Shown piece by piece: positions 19,881 through 28,513 of a stretch of 64,000 nt of DNA (its first letter is position 1; every line of letters starts with the position of its first letter). The position numbers and the translations under genes are program-made. Source of the stretch: Pseudaestuariivita rosea. Lineage in GTDB: Bacteria > Pseudomonadota > Alphaproteobacteria > Rhodobacterales > Rhodobacteraceae. The DNA is taken from the NCBI RefSeq assembly GCF_017592335.1, contig NZ_JACNMP010000002.1, forward strand, positions 145,973-209,972, given 5' to 3'. The notes under the pieces were generated by a model. It ran no database searches, had not been told where the DNA came from, and worked only from the letters and a program-made list of their open reading frames with translations.

Positions 19881-20237
19881 TCAGATCCGAGGTTTGGGCG
19901 CAGGTTCCCGGTCGGCATCGCCTGAATTGGGTTCGCCCTTTGGTTCGATCAGCAGCACTTTGACTTCCTGTTCGGCCCTTGGCCGATGCACAACGCCTTT
20001 CGGAACGATAAACATCTCGCCCGCTTTCACGGTTTTCGACGGCTGCCCGTCGATATCCATGATCATCTCGCCCTCAAGCACATAGAAAAAATCATCCGTG
20101 GTGTCGTGTTTATGGAACGGAAATTCGCCCTTGAACTTCACCACCATAATGTCGTTGTCATTGTAATCCGCAACAACGTGCGGGTCCCAATGCGTTGAGA
20201 TCTGCGCAAGCTTGTCGTTGAGGTTGATGGTTTTCAT
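19881..20237 (-). CDS. cupin domain protein
   Basis: 118 aa with cupin motifs (FHKHDTTDDFFYVLEG...FIVPKGVVHRP). Confidence 0.75.
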   Translation of the reverse strand: MKTINLNDKLAQISTHWDPHVVADYNDNDIMVVKFKGEFPFHKHDTTDDFFYVLEGEMIMDIDGQPSKTVKAGEMFIVPKGVVHRPRAEQEVKVLLIEPKGEPNSGDADREPAPKPRI

Positions 20238-20255
20238 ACCCGATATTGCCGCGCC

Positions 20256-20573
20256 TCAGTCCGTTTCATTCATAATCTGGCCCTTCGCCTCGGCCATCAG
20301 TTTGGCCATTTTCGTGCGGATCGTGGTCTCATCCGCCAGACTGCCCAGATCGCCTGACACCTTGCGATAGACATCTTCATCCCCGGCCTCTTCCAGGTCG
20401 GCTTTGACGATTTCCATCACATAAGCCTGCGCGTCATCCCCGGTTTTGCCCATTAGGTCGGCCGCCCAAAGCGCCAGAAGCTTGTTCCGGCGCATTTCGG
20501 CTTTGAATTGCATTTCTGCGTCATGGGCGAATTTGTTTTCAAAGGCGCTTTCGCGATCGTCAAAGGTGGTCAT
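20256..20573 (-). CDS. DUF1476 protein; F1Fo-ATPase inhibitor zeta-subunit family
   Basis: 105 aa. MTTFDDRESAFENKFAHDAEMQFKAEMRRNKLLALWAADLMGKTGDD closely matches, from memory, the Paracoccus zeta-subunit / DUF1476 family. Confidence 0.75.
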   Translation of the reverse strand: MTTFDDRESAFENKFAHDAEMQFKAEMRRNKLLALWAADLMGKTGDDAQAYVMEIVKADLEEAGDEDVYRKVSGDLGSLADETTIRTKMAKLMAEAKGQIMNETD

Positions 20574-20733
20574 CCTGTTGGTCCTTCAAAGAGATTGCCG
20601 TTTGGGTAACCATATGCCCGTCACGCGGGCCGCCTGCAAGCCCTTCACGCGCGCTTGCGGGATAATGCCGCTTGCCGTATGACAGCCCAGTCTGCATTGG
20701 GGATTCATCCCATGCGGCCAGATCGGAGACCCA

Positions 20734-21495
20734 ATGGCACGTCGCAAGAAGATATACGAAGGCAAGGCAAAGATCCTGTATGAAGGCCCCGAACCGGGCA
20801 CATTCGTGCAGTATTTCAAGGATGATGCCACAGCCTATAACGCCGAAAAGCGCGACGTGATCGAAGGCAAGGGCGTGCTGAACAATCGTCTTAGCGAATT
20901 TTTCATGCTGGGGCTGAACCATATCGGCGTGCCGACGCATTTCATCAAGCGCATCAACATGCGCGAACAGCTGATCCGGTCGGCCGAGATCATTCCGCTT
21001 GAGGTGATCGTACGCAATTACGCCGCGGGCAGCATGGCCAAGCGGTTGGGGCTTGAGGAAGGCACCGCGCTGCCCCGCCCGATTGTCGAATTCTGCTATA
21101 AGGATGATGCCCTGGGTGACCCACTGGTCAGCGAAGAGCATATCATCGCCTTTGGCTGGGCCAGTCAGCAGGATATGGACGATATGATCGCGCTGGCCTT
21201 GCGGGTGAATGATTTCATGTCCGGTCTGATGTATGGCGTGGGCATCAAGCTGGTGGATTTCAAGATCGAAATCGGTCGCGTCTGGGAAGGTGATTATCAG
21301 CGCCTGATCGTGGCCGATGAAATCAGCCCCGACAGCTGCCGCCTTTGGGATATCAAGACGGGCCAGAAGCTGGACAAGGACGTGTTCCGCCGCGATCTGG
21401 GCAATCTGACCGATGCCTATACCGAGGTCGCGCGCCGTCTGGGCGTCATGCCTGCAAATGCGACCCAGATGACCAAGCCAACACTGATCAACTGA
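20734..21495 (+). CDS. purC: phosphoribosylaminoimidazole-succinocarboxamide synthase
   Basis: [30 protein letters not shown]; 253 aa SAICAR synthetase. Confidence 0.95.
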   Translation: MARRKKIYEGKAKILYEGPEPGTFVQYFKDDATAYNAEKRDVIEGKGVLNNRLSEFFMLGLNHIGVPTHFIKRINMREQLIRSAEIIPLEVIVRNYAAGSMAKRLGLEEGTALPRPIVEFCYKDDALGDPLVSEEHIIAFGWASQQDMDDMIALALRVNDFMSGLMYGVGIKLVDFKIEIGRVWEGDYQRLIVADEISPDSCRLWDIKTGQKLDKDVFRRDLGNLTDAYTEVARRLGVMPANATQMTKPTLIN

Positions 21496-21923
21496 TGACG
21501 TCAATCATTCAGAGAATGTTTCAACGACTTCGCAACGGCGAGGTCATTTCTGATGTATCGAGCCCCAAACCTCTGACGGCGTCTTTTGCAGGAAGTGTTG
21601 CAGCGAATGATGCTGTGCGGCAGGTATTGAGGACGCATGGCGATGATGGTGAAGCGCCCCGGCATACGATCCATTACGCCTATGCAATGGGGCGCCTTGG
21701 AACTGAGAAGAAGGCCGAGGTCCGCGCTTACCTGGAAAATCTTGGTTTTTCAGTTGCGGATGCAACCACCGAGGAAGGTTTTGTTCTTGATACCACAGGA
21801 ACGGTTGCGGGGGATGACTTTGATCGCCTGACCACCAAACTACAAAAAGAACTGGAAGCGATGCATTGGGACTATGATGGCTGGGAATGTGCAGTAGAAT
21901 CTGCAAAGGGAATGGATGAATGA
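21495..21923 (+). CDS. RraB-like (regulator of ribonuclease activity B family) protein, tentative
   Basis: 142 aa. The ATG at 21495 overlaps the purC stop (TGATG). TIHYAYAMG...HWDYDGWECAV resembles the RraB/YjgD pattern (TIEHHL...YDGWGT). The assignment is from memory. Confidence 0.4.
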   Translation: MTSIIQRMFQRLRNGEVISDVSSPKPLTASFAGSVAANDAVRQVLRTHGDDGEAPRHTIHYAYAMGRLGTEKKAEVRAYLENLGFSVADATTEEGFVLDTTGTVAGDDFDRLTTKLQKELEAMHWDYDGWECAVESAKGMDE

Positions 21924-22159
21924 AGGCGCGTGTACATATCATGCTGAAAAACGGGGTCCTTGATCCTCAGGGCGAGGCCGTGCGCCATGCGCTTGGGTCT
22001 TTGGGCTTCGATGGTGTCGAAGGTGTCCGTCAGGGCAAGGTGATCGAACTGGACCTGGCGGAACCCGATGCGTCCAAGGCCGAAGCGCAGGTGACCGAGA
22101 TGTGCGAAAGGCTGTTGGCGAATACGGTGATCGAAAGCTACCGGGTCGAGATGATCTGA
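21920..22159 (+). CDS. purS: phosphoribosylformylglycinamidine synthase subunit PurS
   Basis: 79 aa: MKARVHIMLKNGVLDPQGEAVRHALGSLGF... Confidence 0.9.
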   Translation: MKARVHIMLKNGVLDPQGEAVRHALGSLGFDGVEGVRQGKVIELDLAEPDASKAEAQVTEMCERLLANTVIESYRVEMI

Positions 22160-23196
22160 TGCGCGCCGCCGTCCTGCGTCAGTATAACGAAGATCTGTCG
22201 CTTGAGACTGTGCCGGACCCCGACTGCCCCAAGGATGGGGTCGTGCTAAAGGTCGAGGCTTGCGGGGTTTGCCGATCTGACTGGCATGGTTGGGTTGGGG
22301 AACACCCGCGGGTCAAGCCGGGGCAAATTCCGGGGCATGAATACTGCGGAACGGTGGTCCAGGCAGGCCCCGCGGCGCGGCACAAGGTGGGTGATCGGGT
22401 GGTGGCGCCCTTTATCCTGGCTTGTGGCAGTTGCCCGTCATGTCAGTCCGGCCAGCAGACCACATGCCCCAATCAGCGCCTGCCGGGGTTTATCGAACCC
22501 GGTGCCTTTGCTGAATATATCGCCGTGCCGCTGGATCATAATCTGGCGCTTTTGCCCGACAGTATTACGCCTACGGTCGCCGCGGGCCTTGGGTGCCGCG
22601 TGACGACCAGTTGGCATGCCCTGACCGGGCGCGCGGCACTTCAGGCCGGCGAATGGCTGGCGGTGCATGGGACGGGCGGTGTCGGGCTGTCGGCGATGCT
22701 GTTGGGCCGTGCCTTGGGCGCGCATGTTGTTGTTGTGGATATCGTTCAGGACAAGCTGGATCATGCGCTGTCACTGGGGGCCACGGCTGTGGTCAACGCG
22801 CATGACGGTGATGTGGCGCTGGCGATCAAGGATATCACGGGCGGCGGCGCGCATGTGTCGGTCGAGGCCCTGGGGATACCCGAAACGGTCAATGCTTCGC
22901 TCGAATGCCTGCGGCCCATGGGGCGCCATGTACAGGTCGGCATGCCTGTCGGCCACACTGCGCGGATGGAGGTGAACCTCAGCGCCGTCTATCAGGGCAA
23001 CCTGGCGCTTTACGGCACGCGCGGCATGCCGTCGTGGCGTTATCCCAGTCTGCTGGGGCTGATCGAAAGCGGACAGGTCGACATGGCCCCGCTGATCGCG
23101 CGTGAAATCCCCCTGTCTGGCGCCAGCGACGAATTGCGCGCCTTTAACGGCCCGACGCCCCCCGGCGTCGCGGTCATCACCGATTTTCTGAGCTAA
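22159..23196 (+). CDS. zinc-dependent alcohol dehydrogenase family (MDR) protein
   Basis: [20 protein letters not shown] and a GxGxxG Rossmann fold. The ATG overlaps the purS stop (TGATG). Confidence 0.85.
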   Translation: MRAAVLRQYNEDLSLETVPDPDCPKDGVVLKVEACGVCRSDWHGWVGEHPRVKPGQIPGHEYCGTVVQAGPAARHKVGDRVVAPFILACGSCPSCQSGQQTTCPNQRLPGFIEPGAFAEYIAVPLDHNLALLPDSITPTVAAGLGCRVTTSWHALTGRAALQAGEWLAVHGTGGVGLSAMLLGRALGAHVVVVDIVQDKLDHALSLGATAVVNAHDGDVALAIKDITGGGAHVSVEALGIPETVNASLECLRPMGRHVQVGMPVGHTARMEVNLSAVYQGNLALYGTRGMPSWRYPSLLGLIESGQVDMAPLIAREIPLSGASDELRAFNGPTPPGVAVITDFLS

Positions 23197-23207
23197 GGAG
23201 CCCCGCG

Positions 23208-23876
23208 ATGAAAGCTGCCGTTATCGTCTTTCCCGGATCAAACTGTGACCGCGACATGGCCGTGGCCTTACGCGCGGCCGGTGCCGATGTATCGATGGTC
23301 TGGCACAAGGACGTCGACCTGCCGTCGGGCACGGATTTCGTGGCGGTGCCCGGCGGCTTTTCCTTTGGCGACTATCTGCGCTGCGGCGCGATTGCGGCAA
23401 AGTCACCCATCTGCAAGGCGGTCGTCGATCATGCAAACCGCGGCGGCTATGTTCTGGGTGTCTGCAACGGATTTCAGGTGCTGACGGAAACAGGCCTGCT
23501 GCCCGGTGTTCTGATGCGCAACGCGGGGTTGAAATATATTTGCAAGCATATCGGGCTGCGCGTCGTGACCTCGCAAAGCATCTTCACCGAAGGCTATAAC
23601 GCGGGCGATATCCTAAGCATTCCAATTGCCCACCACGACGGCAACTATTTCGCCGATACCGATCAGGTCAAAGCGCTGCAGGATCAGGACCGTGTGGCCT
23701 TTACCTATACCGACAACCCCAACGGGTCGGTCAGTGATATCGCCGGCATCCTGTCGGAAAATCGCCGCGTGCTGGGCATGATGCCCCATCCTGAACGTGC
23801 CGCGGATGACGGTCACGGCGGCACCGACGGCAAAGCAATGTTTCGCACAATTTTTCAGACCGTTGTCGCCGCCTGA
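23208..23876 (+). CDS. purQ: phosphoribosylformylglycinamidine synthase I (glutaminase subunit)
   Basis: Class I glutamine amidotransferase ([16 protein letters not shown]...MMPHPER). AAGGAG RBS. Confidence 0.95.
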   Translation: MKAAVIVFPGSNCDRDMAVALRAAGADVSMVWHKDVDLPSGTDFVAVPGGFSFGDYLRCGAIAAKSPICKAVVDHANRGGYVLGVCNGFQVLTETGLLPGVLMRNAGLKYICKHIGLRVVTSQSIFTEGYNAGDILSIPIAHHDGNYFADTDQVKALQDQDRVAFTYTDNPNGSVSDIAGILSENRRVLGMMPHPERAADDGHGGTDGKAMFRTIFQTVVAA

Positions 23877-23912
23877 CTTGGCAGGATCACAATGGCATTC
23901 TAGTATCGCGAC

Positions 23913-25670
23913 ATGATCAGTGATGATGATCCCCTAAGCTCAGGTGAACGCCAGACTTTTTCTTGGCGTGTCAGGCTTGTGCTGACGATGGTGCTGATCA
24001 TGGTGCTGGTCACAATCTGGATGTCTTATGTGCTGCTGACACAGCGTTCGGTCGAAGATATCAGAAATCAATCGGAAGTGCGTTTGATCAATTATATCAG
24101 CAGCTTGACGACTGAACTTAGCCGCAACTCGATCATTCCGGGCTTTCTGTCGACCGATCCTGCACTGATCACCTCGCTTCGGACGCGGGATTATCGCACG
24201 ACATCGCAGCGTCTGCTGGAACGGCTTGATAATGTCGGGTCGGCCTCGGCCATGCTTTTGGATGTCGACGGTCGTGTTGTGGCCGCCACAGATCGCAGCC
24301 AGTTGCAGACCTTTTTCCGGACCGAGGCGTTTTTTCTGAACGCCCTGCGGTCCAATGACACCATCTTCACTGCCGAACGTAACGAACAGGGCAGCTTTCT
24401 GTTTACCCATTCCTTGCGGGTGTCGCAGGGGGGGAATGTGTTGGGTGTGATCGTGGTTGAGGCCGATCTTGCTCGGTTTGCGCGAAACTGGGCCCAGGTC
24501 TCTGACGCCGTGATGGTCACCGACAGTTCGGGTATCATCATTCTGGCCACCGAATCCCGGTGGCGGGGCCAAACCGTGGAAGAGGTTCTTAGCCAGACTG
24601 AATCCACATCCGCTATCGGGCAAAAACTGTCGGAATGGACGGCCTGGGCCGCGCCCTCGGCAGATGCCTATCTGCAGGGCGAAGCGATGATGCGCACGCA
24701 GGAACGTATTCCGTTTCAGGGATGGCAGATCATCAGCTTCACCAGCTACGACGAAGTGCGCGAACGGGTGAACAGCACAATTGCGATGCAGATCATGTTC
24801 TTTGCGATTCTGTTGGCGATGATTTTCTATTCCGTCAGTCGCAAGTCGGCGACTTTGGCGCGTGTGTTTCAACGTGAAACGGCAGCGCTTCGCCGGTTGA
24901 ACGATCGCCTACAGCGGGAAATCGCCGAGCGTCAGCGGGTGGAAAAGAACCTCGAAACGGCTGAACAGACCATCGCGCAAAGCTCTAAACTGGCGGCCTT
25001 GGGCGAAATGTCGACAGCGGTCAGTCATGAACTGAACCAGCCTCTGGCGGCGATGAAAACCTATTTGGCGGGCGCCCGTCTTTTGCTGAACCGCAAACGC
25101 CCGGACGAAGCACTTTCGTCCTTCCAGCGGATCGACGACCTGATCGACCGGATGGGGGCGATCACGCGACAACTGAAAAGCTATGCGCACAAGGGCGGCG
25201 ACGCGTTTGAGCCTGTGGACACAAGGGATGCCGTGTCATCCGCCCTGGCCATGATGGAGCCGCAACTGAAGACGCGCAGTGTCACCATCACCAAGACCTT
25301 CCCCCGTGATCCGGCGATGATCATGGCCGATCGGTTGCGCCTGGAACAGGTCATCATCAACCTGCTGCGCAACGCGCTGGATGCGACAAAAACCGAAGCC
25401 GATCCGCTGATCGACATTCTGTTGACGGTCGGTGATCAGGTGGTCCTGAGTGTGCGTGACAACGGCACGGGCATCGACGATCTGGACTCGCTTTTCGAGC
25501 CGTTTTACACAACCAAGCTGCCGGGCGACGGTGTGGGCTTGGGTCTTGCCATTTCCTCTGGCATCATAAACGACCTAGGCGGGCGGCTGACTGCACGGAA
25601 TGCCGCGACGCAGGGGGCTGTATTTGAAATCCAGCTTCCCAAACTGAAAGAAGAAATCGCAGCGGAATGA
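23913..25670 (+). CDS. sensor histidine kinase (DctB-like C4-dicarboxylate sensor architecture)
   Basis: Two transmembrane helices flank a periplasmic domain of about 250 aa. HisKA H-box EMSTAVSHELNQPLAAM and a HATPase_c domain (DNGTGIDD...GVGLGLAIS). Confidence 0.8.
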   Translation: MISDDDPLSSGERQTFSWRVRLVLTMVLIMVLVTIWMSYVLLTQRSVEDIRNQSEVRLINYISSLTTELSRNSIIPGFLSTDPALITSLRTRDYRTTSQRLLERLDNVGSASAMLLDVDGRVVAATDRSQLQTFFRTEAFFLNALRSNDTIFTAERNEQGSFLFTHSLRVSQGGNVLGVIVVEADLARFARNWAQVSDAVMVTDSSGIIILATESRWRGQTVEEVLSQTESTSAIGQKLSEWTAWAAPSADAYLQGEAMMRTQERIPFQGWQIISFTSYDEVRERVNSTIAMQIMFFAILLAMIFYSVSRKSATLARVFQRETAALRRLNDRLQREIAERQRVEKNLETAEQTIAQSSKLAALGEMSTAVSHELNQPLAAMKTYLAGARLLLNRKRPDEALSSFQRIDDLIDRMGAITRQLKSYAHKGGDAFEPVDTRDAVSSALAMMEPQLKTRSVTITKTFPRDPAMIMADRLRLEQVIINLLRNALDATKTEADPLIDILLTVGDQVVLSVRDNGTGIDDLDSLFEPFYTTKLPGDGVGLGLAISSGIINDLGGRLTARNAATQGAVFEIQLPKLKEEIAAE

Positions 25671-25680
25671 GGCCCCAAAA

Positions 25681-27015
25681 ATGGTCCGACCCATGAAGAT
25701 AGCAATCGTCGATGACGAACAGGACATGCGCCAGTCCATCAGCCAGTGGCTGGCACTGTCGGGTTACGAAACCGAAACCTTCAAAAGCGCCGAAGACGCA
25801 CTGAAAGGGCTTGAGGCCGACTATCCCGGCATTGTCGTCAGCGACATCCGGATGCCCGGCATGGACGGCATGCAATTCCTGAAACGCCTGATGAGCGTGG
25901 ACAGCGCGCTGCCGGTCATCATGATCACGGGGCACGGTGACGTGCCCATGGCGGTTGAGGCGATGCGCGTGGGGGCCTTTGATTTTCTGGAAAAGCCGTT
26001 CAACCCCGACCGCATGTCTGAACTGGCCAAGAAGGCCACGCAATCCCGCCGTTTGACGCTGGACAACCGCGCGCTGCGCAAGGAACTGTCGGACGGCACG
26101 GCGCTGATGAAAAAGCTGATCGGCGCCTCGCCCGTGATGGAGCGTCTGCGCGAGGATATTCTGGATCTGGGTCAGGCCGACGGTCATGTGTTGATCGAGG
26201 GTGAAACGGGTACCGGCAAGACCTTAGTGGCGCACGCCCTGCATGCCGTCGGGGCGCGGGCCACGAAGAAATTCGTTCTGGTCAGCTGCGCGGCTTATTC
26301 GCAGGATGAACTGGCGAAAAAGCTGTTCGGCCCGATGGAAGACGGCGACAGCCTGCCCGCGGTGGAAGAGGCCCGCGGCGGAACCCTGGTGCTGGAAGAT
26401 ATCGAGGCGTTGAGCGAGCCGTTGCAGGCGCGCCTGCTGACCACGATCAATGAACAGGGCACGCCCGCAGAAACCCGGATCATCGCGATCTGCAACCTTC
26501 AGGAACAGGGCCGCACCTGTGAAGACGCGCTGCGCCCCGATCTGTTCTATCGTCTGGCCGCCCTGCGCATCACCGTGCCGCCCCTGCGCCAGCGGGGCGA
26601 AGATATTCTGACGCTGTTCACACGCCTGAGCGATCAGTTTGCCGATGAATACGGCTGCGATTCCCCACAGGTCAGCGCACAGGAAGCCGCGCAACTGCTT
26701 CAGGCCCCCTGGCCCGGCAACGTGCGTCAGCTGATCAATATCGCCGAACGCGCGGTGCTGCAGAACCGGCGCGGGTCGGGGTCGATCACTTCGCTGCTGA
26801 TGGCCGATAACGAAGAAGCCCAGCCCGTCATGACGACCGAAGGCAAGCCGCTGAAGGAATACGTCGAGGCGTTCGAACGCATGCTGATCGACAACACCAT
26901 GCGCCGCCACAAGGGCAGCATCGTCAGTGTCATGGAAGAACTCTGCCTGCCCCGCCGGACATTGAACGAAAAGATGGCCAAATACGGGCTGCAGCGGGCG
27001 GATTATCTGGGCTAA
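25681..27015 (+). CDS. NtrC-family response regulator (DctD-like; REC + AAA+ + Fis-type HTH); GAFTGA motif absent
   Basis: REC domain (VDDEQD...SDIRMPGMDG), Walker A GETGTGKT and a C-terminal helix-turn-helix. An alternative ATG lies at 25693 (MKIAIVDD). See the observation covering 26300-26400. Confidence 0.85.
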   Translation: MVRPMKIAIVDDEQDMRQSISQWLALSGYETETFKSAEDALKGLEADYPGIVVSDIRMPGMDGMQFLKRLMSVDSALPVIMITGHGDVPMAVEAMRVGAFDFLEKPFNPDRMSELAKKATQSRRLTLDNRALRKELSDGTALMKKLIGASPVMERLREDILDLGQADGHVLIEGETGTGKTLVAHALHAVGARATKKFVLVSCAAYSQDELAKKLFGPMEDGDSLPAVEEARGGTLVLEDIEALSEPLQARLLTTINEQGTPAETRIIAICNLQEQGRTCEDALRPDLFYRLAALRITVPPLRQRGEDILTLFTRLSDQFADEYGCDSPQVSAQEAAQLLQAPWPGNVRQLINIAERAVLQNRRGSGSITSLLMADNEEAQPVMTTEGKPLKEYVEAFERMLIDNTMRRHKGSIVSVMEELCLPRRTLNEKMAKYGLQRADYLG

Positions 27016-27042
27016 CGTTGTTCTTGCTACACGTGGTTTGAT

Positions 27043-27071
27043 GAGGTCCCGGATCAAGTCCGGGACTTAGC
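27043..27071. repeat. GC-rich hairpin element GAGGTCCCGGA-TCAAG-TCCGGGACTTAGC (copy 2)
   Basis: 8-bp perfect stem, 28 nt after the dctD-like stop (plus strand). Confidence 0.7.
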
Positions 27072-27136
27072 AGGACGATGTGTAGTTCGACATGGCATTA
27101 ATTTTCCAAGCTAGGCGGTGACAAGCCTAGAATAAC

Positions 27137-27994
27137 GTGCAACATAACATCATTATGTTGGGTTATATTCAGTTAGATGAAACGGAGCTTATATTAGCTT
27201 TTCTGGCGTTAGCGGCCGTAGCGCTGTTTTATCTTTTTCTGATCGCGGCCACTGTCTTTTTCCTGATCCGGAAACGGTGGTCGCTTGCGCCGCTGCCCTT
27301 GGTATTGTTTCTGGGCTTGGCCTTTGGTCCGCCGTTCTTTGCCGAGCGGCAGGCACAGACAAAGGGCCAGATGCTGGCCGAGCTATCTTATTGGCCGCAA
27401 GACCTGGACCTTCAGGGTAAGACCATCGCGTTTTTGTATTTCGGCTACGGCGGCCCCTGTGGCCGCATTTGCGATGTCATGCTTGCGCATTCCGATGTAG
27501 GGGCGGTCTATGTTTTGACCTCGTATCATCTGCAGGATGAAGGCGGGACAGGCCCTGTGGATCTGGAAGGCAACACCGTCTGGAAAATGGTGCCGTTCAA
27601 GTCGAACGACCCCGCTTATCAGGATGAGGTTTATTACCAAATGGAAAAAGCCCCGCCGCCTGCGGCCTTCGATTATCTGTTTATGATAGATGGCGGTGGT
27701 TTCTTTTCAAAACGGGCCGCATCTGCCCTGAGGTTGTCGCCCGATGCGGCCGAGATTGTGGACGAGGCGTTTTATATCTATGATGTCGCGCAGGATCAGA
27801 CCCCAGTTTTGGCCGAGAACAAGCCCCTTGCGCGTATGCTTGTGACGCGCGCTGTGACACGGGAACGCTTCTTTTGGTTTTCAAAAAATCAGCGCACTGC
27901 CCCGCGGACCAATGACTATAACCGCGCCATGCAACGCTGGTTTTGCGGGTATGAAACGGATGATCACGGCGATCCATGTCGGTACATCTTCTAG
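27137..27994 (+). CDS. hypothetical membrane-anchored protein
   Basis: 285 aa. GTG start per the track; in-frame ATG 18 nt downstream (MLGYIQ...). Two N-terminal transmembrane helices, then a soluble domain of about 200 aa. AT-rich 5' end. No family recognised. Confidence 0.5.
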   Translation: MQHNIIMLGYIQLDETELILAFLALAAVALFYLFLIAATVFFLIRKRWSLAPLPLVLFLGLAFGPPFFAERQAQTKGQMLAELSYWPQDLDLQGKTIAFLYFGYGGPCGRICDVMLAHSDVGAVYVLTSYHLQDEGGTGPVDLEGNTVWKMVPFKSNDPAYQDEVYYQMEKAPPPAAFDYLFMIDGGGFFSKRAASALRLSPDAAEIVDEAFYIYDVAQDQTPVLAENKPLARMLVTRAVTRERFFWFSKNQRTAPRTNDYNRAMQRWFCGYETDDHGDPCRYIF

Positions 27995-28513
27995 GGAACG
28001 CCTTTTTAAGGCTTGGCTTTTGGCGAGAGCATTTGCGAAACAATGAAGATAATCTGTGATGTGGCGCGGGATATGCTGTTGACGAAAGCCTGATTTACGG
28101 GCGGATACGTGCGGGAAGTTCGCTTTTGACGCGATTACCCATTGTAATCATCCCGCATCCCGTCTTATGTAAGGGCTTACGGCATGCACTGATCTATTGA
28201 GGTGCATCGCCATGATAGTTTCGCTGTTGCAGACAGGTGCCGGTACACTCCCGGCGATCGCTGAACAGACCGATAGAGGGGCCGCTGGCCCAAAGAACAG
28301 CCCGACAGGCGCATCTGTCGCCGGGGCATTAAACGGGCGCATCCATGACGGGGTGCGTCGGAGAAGAAACGCGATGCAAAGCGCGACCAGATCAGAGGAT
28401 AGAGCAGGGGCCCATGCCGCCCCCCTGTCCCGCGCGCTATTCGCCACAATCAGACATCCGCATCTGTTGGCCCCGCCCGGGGATCGATCCGGTGTGCGAT
28501 GCACATGGACACT
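27995..28513 (+). promoter_or_regulatory. long untranslated leader upstream of rne (about 500 nt, no credible ORF)
   Basis: The long gap has only Arg-rich spurious ORFs on both strands. rne genes typically carry long autoregulatory 5' UTRs. Confidence 0.4.

Noticed and set aside
20574-20733. ZTP/purine riboswitch upstream of purC
   Set aside because: The divergent spacer lacks the conserved pfl-motif blocks (GGGTCGTGAC...CCGACCGCCTGGGC).
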